In this document: positions 18,703-26,667 of the stretch, in pieces
Layout of the letters: every line of letters starts with the position of its first letter
Numbering within the stretch: position 1 is the first letter of the stretch
IMG/VR virus record: IMGVR_UViG_3300029318_000078
Span: 1-27,752 of that record
Origin: a virus
Taxonomy: Duplodnaviria > Caudoviricetes
Strand: one strand, 5' to 3'
Length of the DNA: 27,752 bases
The notes under the pieces: generated by a model
What the model was told of the DNA's origin: nothing
The model's input: only the letters and a program-made list of their open reading frames with translations
Database searches by the model: none
Translations under genes and position numbers: made by a program

Positions 18703-18724
18703 TATGGAGGAAAGTATTTTTTAA

Positions 18725-19909
18725 ATGGCACAAGTAGCTAACAAAGATATTGCAAATAGTTCTGGTGCTGGTGTAAGAGCAGACCTTAACCTTGCGTTAG
18801 CTGCTGTAGCGTCAAATAATTTTGGAGATAAAGCACAAGCTGGTCAAGTTTTACCCTGTGAATTGGTAGCAGATAGTTCCACTACACCTAAAAAATTATT
18901 AATAAGGTCAACTACAGGAGATGATGGTACTTCTGGTACAACTCCTACATATTTCGATGTTGGTAATTTAGATGAGGCAAATCTAGGACTTGTAAAAAGG
19001 GCTGGAGACACGCTTACAGGCCCATTATTAGTAGATGATAGTTCTGGAGCAAGTAGTCCAGCATTAAGTTTTGATGGAGACAGCGATACTGGGATTTTTA
19101 GGCAAGCAGCAAATACAATGGGATTTTCTACTGCTGGCACACAAAGAGTTGGAATAAGTAATGCTGGTCTAGATATGCTTAACGCATTGCCAATTAGATT
19201 TCAAGACTCAAGCGGTTCTCCTTTCGTTTCTATTCAATCTCCATCTTCTTTATCTGGAAACGTAACTCTTACTTTACCTTCATCAATAACTAATGGTGGT
19301 TTTTTACAAACAGATGGTTCTGGAAATTTAAGCTTTCAAATTGTGGCTGGTGTGCCTACTGGCTCTGTTTTTTGTTTAGCTGTTGATACAGTTCCAACAG
19401 GTTATGTTAAATGCAATGGTGCTTCATATCAAAGAACAGGAACTTATGCTGCTTTGTTTGCTGTTATAGGTACTACTTATGGTGCTGCTGATAGCAGTCA
19501 TTTCAATGTTCCAGATTTACGAGGAGAATTTGTTAGGGGTTTTGATGATGGTAGAGGTGTAGATAGCGGGAGAAGTATTAATGATCCTCAAGGCGGTCAA
19601 AACTTACAACACAATCACACAGCATCTTCTTCAGTAACTGACCCAGGCCACTTCCACCATTCGTTTAAGCTAGGTAATGCTGGACAATCACGATTTAACA
19701 GTACCTTAAGTAGTAATGTCACACCTGCATCTGGTACAGGTGCTGCTAACTTAAATGAAGGATATAATATAGTCAGCAGATCTGAAGAGGCAGATGTAGG
19801 TAAAACTTCAAGTAAAACAACAGGAGTTTCTGTTAATACAAATACTGATAATCAAGGTTCTGAAGCTAGACCTCGTAATATAGCAATGCTTTACATTATT
19901 AAAATTTAA
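18725..19909 (+). CDS. Side tail fibre with phage tail-collar domain
   Basis: VPTGSV...PTGYVKCNG...YAALFAVIGTTYG...FNVPDLRGEFVRGFDDGRGVD collar motif, HxH motifs, and terminal EARPRNIAMLYIIK. Confidence 0.9.
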   Translation: MAQVANKDIANSSGAGVRADLNLALAAVASNNFGDKAQAGQVLPCELVADSSTTPKKLLIRSTTGDDGTSGTTPTYFDVGNLDEANLGLVKRAGDTLTGPLLVDDSSGASSPALSFDGDSDTGIFRQAANTMGFSTAGTQRVGISNAGLDMLNALPIRFQDSSGSPFVSIQSPSSLSGNVTLTLPSSITNGGFLQTDGSGNLSFQIVAGVPTGSVFCLAVDTVPTGYVKCNGASYQRTGTYAALFAVIGTTYGAADSSHFNVPDLRGEFVRGFDDGRGVDSGRSINDPQGGQNLQHNHTASSSVTDPGHFHHSFKLGNAGQSRFNSTLSSNVTPASGTGAANLNEGYNIVSRSEEADVGKTSSKTTGVSVNTNTDNQGSEARPRNIAMLYIIKI

Positions 19910-19911
19910 TT

Positions 19912-20256
19912 ATGGCAATTTCTCCAGGGACATATAATTTTACAATGCAGAGAAGAGCAGATTTTTCTGTACAGCTTGTTTTTAAAGATGGGAATGGCAA
20001 TGCAATTAACATAACTGGTTACACAGTATTGGCTCAATGTTGGGATGAAGGAAGAAATATAAAATATGCTGATTTTACAGTTACTTATACCAATAGAGTT
20101 ACAGGAACAGTTGACTTATCTTTAACAGATGTACAGACTACAACATTTGAAACTAATACACTTTATTATGACGTTATGCTTATAGACACAAGTGGAGTGC
20201 GAGAGTACTACCTTGAAGGTGTTATAACTATGTCAGAAGGATATACAGCACCATGA
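19912..20256 (+). CDS. BppU-N-like/Ig-like virion structural protein (possible fibre anchor)
   Basis: YNFTMQRRADF...D.NGNAINITGYT...GTVDLSLT..QT......YYDV......YLEG pattern; heads the fibre cluster. Confidence 0.55.
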   Translation: MAISPGTYNFTMQRRADFSVQLVFKDGNGNAINITGYTVLAQCWDEGRNIKYADFTVTYTNRVTGTVDLSLTDVQTTTFETNTLYYDVMLIDTSGVREYYLEGVITMSEGYTAP

Positions 20257-20483
20257 CCTCAGTTAACATAACGACTACAAAAAATACTGTTACTGTTAAT
20301 GAAGGTGATACAACTGTTGTAACTGTCGCAACTCAAGGATCTCAAGGTCCTGGTTTTGATCTTACATTGGATCATTCAGATAAAGTGAATAATTCAATCA
20401 TGTACTATGACGGAACTTCTGGTAAAGTTAAATTAGATTCAACTACCACCAAACTTACACTTGTCGATGGGGGTTCATTTTGA
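20253..20483 (+). CDS. Small fibre connector protein ending in DGGSF
   Basis: ATGA-coupled to the previous gene; Thr/Val-rich, short QGSQGPG segment, C-terminal VDGGSF. Confidence 0.6.
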   Translation: MTSVNITTTKNTVTVNEGDTTVVTVATQGSQGPGFDLTLDHSDKVNNSIMYYDGTSGKVKLDSTTTKLTLVDGGSF

Positions 20484-20486
20484 CAT

Positions 20487-21794
20487 ATGGCTAACACAAT
20501 CCGCATAAAAAGATCCACAGGATCATCAGCACCAACCACACTAGAAAATGCGGAATTAGCATTTAGTGAAGGTAATCAAGTTTTATATATTGGTATAGGG
20601 ACTGGAGGATCTGGAGGATCTGCAACTACTATTAACGCTATTGGCGGTAAGGGTAAGTTTTTTGATACAGATACAACAAGAACTACTAACCATGTCTTAG
20701 CTGGTGCTGCTTCTGGAAGTGCTGCTGCGCCTACATTTAGAGCATTAGTAAGTGATGATATTCCTTCGTTAGCACATACCAAGATAAGTGATTTTGATAC
20801 AGGGGTTAGGACAAATACACTTAATCAAATGGCTGCACCAACAGGTTCAGTTTCATTTAACTCACAGAATATTACAAATCTAGCAGACCCTGTAAATACA
20901 CAAGATGCAGCGACTAAGGGATTTGTAGAAGCTACTTCACAAGGACTTGATGTTAAGGATTCGTGCGTAGCAGCAACAACAGCGAACATAACAATATCAA
21001 CTGCTCTTAATAATGGAGACACGCTAGATGGTGTTACCTTATCAACTAATGATCGTGTTCTTGTAAAAGATCAATCAACAGCAAGTCAAAATGGTATTTA
21101 TGTAGTCGGGTCTTCTCCAGCTAGGGCAGCAGATTTAGCTACTGGTGCTAACGCTGCTGGTTTCTTTACTTTTGTAGAGAAAGGTACAGTAAACGCAGAT
21201 AACGGCTTTGTTTGCACATCGGATTCTGGATCTGCTGTGGTAGGAACTAATAACCTTACGATTGCACAATTTTCTGGTGCTGGTCAGATTACAGCAGCAG
21301 ATGGCTTGCAAAAGTCTGGAAACACATTATCAGTTGATCTTAAATCAAATGGTGGACTTGTTATTGAATCTACTGAAGTTGCTGTTGATCTTGGTGCTAG
21401 TTCTATAACAGGAACTTTAGCAATTTCTGACGGAGGAACAGGAGCAACATCAGCCTCCAACGCAAGAACAGCACTTGGACTTGTCATCGGTACAGACGTA
21501 GAACCTCATAGCGATAAGTTAACAGAACTTGCAACCATGAATCAGACAACAGCTAACTCTTTAGCTGATTTGTCAGATACCGAAGTGCAGATATTAGACG
21601 GAGCAACAGTAACAACAACTGAACTAAATATTTTAGATGGTGGTACGTCAGCAACCTCAACAACTCTTGCGGCAGCAGATCGTATGGTTATAAACGATAA
21701 TGGCACAATGGTTCAAGTTGCTCTTACTGATCTTGTTACCTTCTTAGAAAATGGAAGTGTATCAGGTTTCGATATTGATGGTGGTACTTACTAA
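20487..21794 (+). CDS. Fibre protein (Mtd-N/hyaluronidase-N-like N-terminus; ends DGGTY)
   Basis: MANTIRIKRS...L...ELAF N-domain, ITNLADP...DAATK fibre motif, DGVTL...DRVLVKDQ.....NGIY domain, GGTGAT....AR..LGL motif. Confidence 0.75.
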   Translation: MANTIRIKRSTGSSAPTTLENAELAFSEGNQVLYIGIGTGGSGGSATTINAIGGKGKFFDTDTTRTTNHVLAGAASGSAAAPTFRALVSDDIPSLAHTKISDFDTGVRTNTLNQMAAPTGSVSFNSQNITNLADPVNTQDAATKGFVEATSQGLDVKDSCVAATTANITISTALNNGDTLDGVTLSTNDRVLVKDQSTASQNGIYVVGSSPARAADLATGANAAGFFTFVEKGTVNADNGFVCTSDSGSAVVGTNNLTIAQFSGAGQITAADGLQKSGNTLSVDLKSNGGLVIESTEVAVDLGASSITGTLAISDGGTGATSASNARTALGLVIGTDVEPHSDKLTELATMNQTTANSLADLSDTEVQILDGATVTTTELNILDGGTSATSTTLAAADRMVINDNGTMVQVALTDLVTFLENGSVSGFDIDGGTY

Positions 21795-21799
21795 GCCAT

Positions 21800-21806
21800 A
21801 GGAGGT
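21800..21806 (+). promoter_or_regulatory. Shine-Dalgarno AGGAGGT
   Basis: 8 nt upstream of ATG 21815; one of few strong SD sites in the window. Confidence 0.7.
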
Positions 21807-21814
21807 AAAAGCCG

Positions 21815-23437
21815 ATGGCTAACACAATTAAAATTAAAAGAGGTAGCGGAAGCGATCCAGCAGCTAGTGATATGGTTCTGGGCGAACCAGTACTACGAAC
21901 TGATACGGCAGAGTTATTTTTCAAGAAAGATGATGGTTCAGTAGCAAAAGTATCTGGGGGAGGCGGTGGCCCAGATTTCAAATATTTAGCCCTTAGAAAT
22001 GCAGCTAACAATGGTGCAGCTTCTTACCCTAACGCAGATTTTACTCTTGTAACTTCTGGTACTACAAATGCAAAAATAGTATCAGCAGCAAATACATTAT
22101 TAGTTAGTGTTAATGGTGTTATTCAAAAACCAAACACAGGAACATCTACACCTTCTGCTGGTTTTGCCATAAGCGGATCTACAATAAAATTTGCAGCCAA
22201 CATCTCTGCTGCACCAGATTTTATTCTTTATCAAGAGTCAGGCGGTATAGGAGAGCCTAGTGATGAGACTGTAAGCGAGGCAAAATTACAAGTTAGTAAT
22301 AGTCCTGTAAATGGGTATTTTCTTTCTGCACAATCTGGCAATACAGGAGGACTTACATGGGCTGCACCTGTAGCAACATCTTGTACTGGCAACTCGGCAA
22401 CAGCAACAGCACTTGCGACAGCTAGAGCTATCAATGGTGTCAACTTTGATGGTACGGCTGCGATCACAGTAACGGCTGCTGCTGGTACTTTATCTGGAAA
22501 CACGCTAAACAGTTCTGTTGTTACCAGTTCTCTTACATCATTAGGAGACTTGACAAGTCTTACTGTTACTGGTGATGTAGTGTTTGATTCAACTGCTGGG
22601 TCTGATTATGATATGCAATGGACAACTTCTAATGGTCAATTAAGAATAAAAGACAATGGTAAGTTAGTTTTCGGTACAAGTGGTGATGCAAATCTTCAAC
22701 ATGATGATTCAAATTTTTACATTAAAAACACAAAAGGTAATACTTACTTACAAAATATTGGAGATGTTTATATAAGAACTAATACTTCTGAAAATTCTCT
22801 TAAAGCAATACAAAACGGAGCAGTAGAACTATATCACAATAATAGTAAAAGACTTGAAACAACATCCCAAGGAGTTGATTTAGGTTTTGTAGATGGAAAT
22901 ATAAGATTTATGGCTGCAAATGGTAGCGCAAACATATATGTAAATACTGATGATTCAGAGTTAAAGATGTGGGATAACGCAAAGATATTAATGGGTGCTA
23001 GTGATGATTTACAAATCTATCACTCAGGTAGCCATTCTTATATTCAAGATACTGGAACAGGTCACTTAAGAATAACTACAGACGAATTAAAAATTAACAA
23101 CGCTGCTGATAGTGAAAATATGATAACTGCTAGTCAGAATGGAGCAGTAGAACTATATTACGACAACAGTAAAAAGTTTGAAACAGTTACAGGTGGAGCT
23201 ACGATCACAGGAGTTTGTACAGCAACTTCTTTTGCTGGTGACGGCTCAAACTTAACAGGTGTATCGGCTGGTGCTACTGGAGGTGGAAGTGATGAGGTTT
23301 TTTACGAAAACTCGACAACAGTTACGACAAGTTATAGTATTACATCAAACAAAAACGCTATGAGTGCAGGGCCAATATCTATAAATAATTCAGTAACAGT
23401 CACAGTTCCTTCTGGTTCTGTATGGACTATTGTTTAA
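21815..23437 (+). CDS. Fibre protein with paralogous MANTIKIKR N-domain, beta-repeat shaft and C-terminal adaptor-like domain
   Basis: LLVSVNGVIQKP domain, GNSATATALATARAING repeat, two NGAVELY repeats, terminal GATGGGSDEVFYEN...NAMSAGPI...VPSGSVWTIV. Confidence 0.8.
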   Translation: MANTIKIKRGSGSDPAASDMVLGEPVLRTDTAELFFKKDDGSVAKVSGGGGGPDFKYLALRNAANNGAASYPNADFTLVTSGTTNAKIVSAANTLLVSVNGVIQKPNTGTSTPSAGFAISGSTIKFAANISAAPDFILYQESGGIGEPSDETVSEAKLQVSNSPVNGYFLSAQSGNTGGLTWAAPVATSCTGNSATATALATARAINGVNFDGTAAITVTAAAGTLSGNTLNSSVVTSSLTSLGDLTSLTVTGDVVFDSTAGSDYDMQWTTSNGQLRIKDNGKLVFGTSGDANLQHDDSNFYIKNTKGNTYLQNIGDVYIRTNTSENSLKAIQNGAVELYHNNSKRLETTSQGVDLGFVDGNIRFMAANGSANIYVNTDDSELKMWDNAKILMGASDDLQIYHSGSHSYIQDTGTGHLRITTDELKINNAADSENMITASQNGAVELYYDNSKKFETVTGGATITGVCTATSFAGDGSNLTGVSAGATGGGSDEVFYENSTTVTTSYSITSNKNAMSAGPISINNSVTVTVPSGSVWTIV

Positions 23438-23456
23438 TGGAGGTTAGAATGTAGCT

Positions 23457-23909
23457 ATGCCTATTGCAATTAACGGATCAGGAACAGTAACAGGAATCTC
23501 GGTAGGAGGTTTACCTGACGGAATAGTCGATACTGATATGCTTGCTAATGATGCTGTAACAGATGCAAAAGAAAACTTAAGTGGAAGTTTAAAGGCTTGG
23601 ATTAATTATGATGGTTATGGTAACTCTATAAGAGCAAGTTATAATATTTCAAGTGTTACTGACAATGGATCAGGGGATTATACCATTTATATTGATAATG
23701 ACTTTTCGGATGTTAATTACTGTTGGACAGGTACAGCAACTACAGCAACAGGCACAGAAGTTACAGTCAGATGCATGGGCTTTTCAACTGCTAGTTCTAG
23801 TGCAACTGCCGCAGCACATTTAGCGGGTTCTACAAGGGTAAGTACTGTCTCTCCTTCAAATAATAATCTTATAGATACCAGACAAGTTATGATTCAATGG
23901 GTAAGGTAA
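23457..23909 (+). CDS. Putative fibre-tip/receptor-binding protein 1
   Basis: Short N-terminal segment (MPIAINGSGTVTGISVGGLPDG), then a KAWINYDG...IRASYNISSVTDNGSGDYTI domain typical of fibre C-termini. Confidence 0.55.
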   Translation: MPIAINGSGTVTGISVGGLPDGIVDTDMLANDAVTDAKENLSGSLKAWINYDGYGNSIRASYNISSVTDNGSGDYTIYIDNDFSDVNYCWTGTATTATGTEVTVRCMGFSTASSSATAAAHLAGSTRVSTVSPSNNNLIDTRQVMIQWVR

Positions 23910-23912
23910 ATT

Positions 23913-24113
23913 ATGGCAAATTCAGACAAAAGATTTATTTATACTAATGATGATGGTTCAATCAGTATTGTTTGTCCAGCAGATAATACAAATTTAACTT
24001 TAGATGAAATAAAAGCTAAAGATTGTCCAAGTGACAGACCCGTTTATACTGTTAATAAATCTCAAATTCCTACAGATAGGAGTTTTAGAAATGCTTGGAC
24101 TTATACGGAGTAA
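23913..24113 (+). CDS. Small protein, probable N-terminal half of a fibre assembly chaperone
   Basis: IY..DDGSISIVCP...KDCP...IPTDRSFRNAW; in frame with the next ORF. Confidence 0.55.
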   Translation: MANSDKRFIYTNDDGSISIVCPADNTNLTLDEIKAKDCPSDRPVYTVNKSQIPTDRSFRNAWTYTE

Positions 24114-24116
24114 ATT

Positions 24117-24377
24117 ATGGGATTTGGTATAGACATGGCAAAAGCCAGAGAGATTCATAAGAACAGAATTAGAGAAGCAAGAACACCAAAACTTGCAGAA
24201 CTTGATATTGAGTTTCAAAAAGCATTAGAGACAGGTGCTAGTACTACTGATATAGTTAGTAAAAAGCAAGCACTAAGAGATGCACCTGCTGATTCTGCTA
24301 TAGCGTCTGCTGATACAGAAGCTAAGTTAAAAGCACAATGGAACACATCTATTCTTGGTACTTCCCCTTATAGCTAA
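24117..24377 (+). CDS. Tail fibre assembly chaperone-like protein
   Basis: IREARTPKLAELD...KQALRDAP matches the R..R...L...D...RQALRD.P pattern of fibre chaperones. Confidence 0.65.
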   Translation: MGFGIDMAKAREIHKNRIREARTPKLAELDIEFQKALETGASTTDIVSKKQALRDAPADSAIASADTEAKLKAQWNTSILGTSPYS

Positions 24378-24379
24378 TT

Positions 24380-24985
24380 ATGAGTTCACTTAAGTTGTTA
24401 CATAGCGGTGGAAATGGTGTAATAATAGCTGCACCAAGTTCTAACCCTGCATCTGATGTAACTTTTACACTTCCAAGTGCTGATGGGAGTGCTAGTCAAG
24501 TAATAAAAACAGATGCTAGTGGGAATTTATCATTTGGAACGAAAGGTAGAGTATTATCTCGTAATTCGACAACTTTGACGAGTGGAGACTTTGCTGTAAC
24601 TGGCACAACAAGTTCTATTTGTACAGGTTTAAACACATCAATTACTCTTTCAAATGCAAATAACAAAGTTTTGATAGTAGCAAATCTTAGAATTCAAGTT
24701 GAAGGTGGTTCTAATACTAATACAAGGGCGCAAATTGATCTTCTAAGAGACAGCACACCTATTGATGGAAAGTTTTTTGGATACTTTCATAGTGGCGGTT
24801 CATCTAAAAATATTTATCAAGAAATTACTGTTTTTACATTTGATACTCCAGCCGACACAAACTCACATACATACAAAATTAGGGGTAATGCTGATACTTC
24901 TGGTGTTATTTTCAGAATTATAGATGGAGATGTGAGTGGGGGTATATATTCTTCCCATATGCACGTTATGGAGTTTGAGGTATGA
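24380..24985 (+). CDS. Putative fibre-tip/receptor-binding protein 2
   Basis: Shaft motif TFTLPSADG...KTDASGNLSF, followed by a beta-sandwich (SIT...NNKVLI...DTPADTNSHTYKI...VMEF). Confidence 0.55.
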   Translation: MSSLKLLHSGGNGVIIAAPSSNPASDVTFTLPSADGSASQVIKTDASGNLSFGTKGRVLSRNSTTLTSGDFAVTGTTSSICTGLNTSITLSNANNKVLIVANLRIQVEGGSNTNTRAQIDLLRDSTPIDGKFFGYFHSGGSSKNIYQEITVFTFDTPADTNSHTYKIRGNADTSGVIFRIIDGDVSGGIYSSHMHVMEFEV

Positions 24986-25341
24986 TTTACGATAAGGTAC
25001 ACGCTTTAAGGTCATTAAAACCTAATAAAGATTTTGTTTGGAGTGGAATAGATTACTCTGGTTTAACATATTACGGAGGCGATACAGTTCCTACTGAGTC
25101 CGAAATAGATGCTGAAGTTACTAGGTTAAATAAAGCAGAGCCTATGAGGTTACTTAGAGAAGAACGTGACAATAAATTAGCAGCTTGTGATTGGAGAGCC
25201 AGTTCTGATTTAACAATTACAGATGATTGGAAAAATTATAGACAAGCACTTAGAGATTTACCAGCTAGTGCATCGCCTAAAGTTGATGCAAGTGGTAATT
25301 TAGATATGTCATCTGTTACTTTCCCTACTGAACCTACTTAA
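24982..25341 (+). CDS. Tail fibre assembly chaperone
   Basis: LREERDNKLAACDW...WKNYRQALRDLP...FPTEP is the classic fibre chaperone C-terminus. ATGA-coupled to tip 2. Confidence 0.8.
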   Translation: MIYDKVHALRSLKPNKDFVWSGIDYSGLTYYGGDTVPTESEIDAEVTRLNKAEPMRLLREERDNKLAACDWRASSDLTITDDWKNYRQALRDLPASASPKVDASGNLDMSSVTFPTEPT

Positions 25342-25343
25342 AT

Positions 25344-26495
25344 ATGTCAGAGATCAAGGTAAATTCGATAAAAGGAACAGGAGCTAGTACGGCAGCTATT
25401 ACTGTCAACAATACTGATGGAACGTGTACTGCCAATATTACTAATAACCTAAGTAATAGAAATTTGGTAATTAACGGAGCTATGGAAGTAGCTCAACGTG
25501 CTACAACATCTACATCTTCTGGCTATCACACTATTGATAGGTTTGAAGTTCTTCATACTGGAGTTAATGAATCTCCTACACAGGCACAGGTTGATGTTGC
25601 AAGTGGAACTACACCTTATACTTTAGGTTTTAGAAAAGCATTAAAAATTACTAACGGAAATCAAACAAGTACTGATGCTGGCGATGCAATATATGTAAGG
25701 TATAGACCAGAAGCACAAGATATTGCAAGCAGTGGTTGGAATTATACATCCACATCTAGTTTTGTAACATTATCTTTTTGGTGTAAAAGTAGTGTTGTTC
25801 AAAACTTTTTTGGAGTTATTGAAACATCTGATGGAACTCAAAAAATGTTTCCATTTCAAACTGGATCTTTATCTGCTGATACTTGGACAAAAGTAACAAT
25901 AACAATCCCAGGTCATGCTGACTTAGCATTTAATTTGGATAATGGTCAAGGATTGGGTATTAACTGGGTACAGTTTATGGGTACAGCTTATACCGCTAAT
26001 AGTGCAGTCGTAAATACATGGAAAGCTCAATCTGATACAGAACGTATGCCTGATAACACCTCAACGTGGTACACAACAAATGATGCAACATTTGAAATTA
26101 CAGGAGTTCAATTAGAAGTAGGCAGCGTGGCAACAGATTTTGAACATAAACCACTTTACGTTGAAGAAAAACTCTGCAAGCGTTACTTCTGTAAATATGA
26201 CAGCCCATTAAATATTAATTTTGTAAACGAACACGCTGTTAATAAAAAAGGTTATTTGCATTTTCCATATGAAGAAGTAATGAGAGATACACCGAGTGTA
26301 GCTTTTAGTGGCGTCAACATAGCTAGACCACAAGTAAGCGTAGGCATAAGTATTACTGAAGCACAAAATATACAGAAAAGATGTTTTAATTTAGTAGGAT
26401 GGCCAAGTGGTAGTCAATTAGGTTCTCATGGGGATGCTTACTACCGCATGACTATATCTAGCGGTGGTTCTGTTACCTGTGATGCGGAGCTTTAA
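25344..26495 (+). CDS. Putative fibre-tip/receptor-binding protein 3 with carbohydrate-binding-module-like domain
   Basis: NRNLVINGAMEVAQR...DRF...TLSFWCKS...W.KVTITIPG...TGVQLEVGSVATDFE...LCKRYF, followed by a distinct C-terminal domain. Confidence 0.65.
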   Translation: MSEIKVNSIKGTGASTAAITVNNTDGTCTANITNNLSNRNLVINGAMEVAQRATTSTSSGYHTIDRFEVLHTGVNESPTQAQVDVASGTTPYTLGFRKALKITNGNQTSTDAGDAIYVRYRPEAQDIASSGWNYTSTSSFVTLSFWCKSSVVQNFFGVIETSDGTQKMFPFQTGSLSADTWTKVTITIPGHADLAFNLDNGQGLGINWVQFMGTAYTANSAVVNTWKAQSDTERMPDNTSTWYTTNDATFEITGVQLEVGSVATDFEHKPLYVEEKLCKRYFCKYDSPLNINFVNEHAVNKKGYLHFPYEEVMRDTPSVAFSGVNIARPQVSVGISITEAQNIQKRCFNLVGWPSGSQLGSHGDAYYRMTISSGGSVTCDAEL

Positions 26496-26497
26496 TT

Positions 26498-26665
26498 ATG
26501 ACTTTTACTTACAAAAAAATGTGGTTAGATAAAGTAAATAATGTGATAGATACAGGCACTATTAAAAGATCTGATGGTCTTTCTATACCAGTTTCAGAAG
26601 GTAATAAAGATTATCAAGAGTATTTGGTGTGGGCTAAAACAAACACAATTGAGGAGGCTGATTAA
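26498..26665 (+). CDS. 55-aa fibre assembly chaperone-like protein missing from the ORF track
   Basis: Manually translated MTFTYKKMWLDKVNNVIDTGTIKRSDGLSIPVSEGNKDYQEYLVWAKTNTIEEAD. Has the IP....N.DYQEYL.W motif and 2-nt gaps on both sides. Confidence 0.75.
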   Translation: MTFTYKKMWLDKVNNVIDTGTIKRSDGLSIPVSEGNKDYQEYLVWAKTNTIEEAD

Positions 26666-26667
26666 CT

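Noticed and set aside
20481-24116. Stop-codon reassignment (alternative genetic code) suggested by in-frame stops
   Set aside because: TAA and TGA end many genes whose neighbours are in other frames, and long genes are intact under the standard code.
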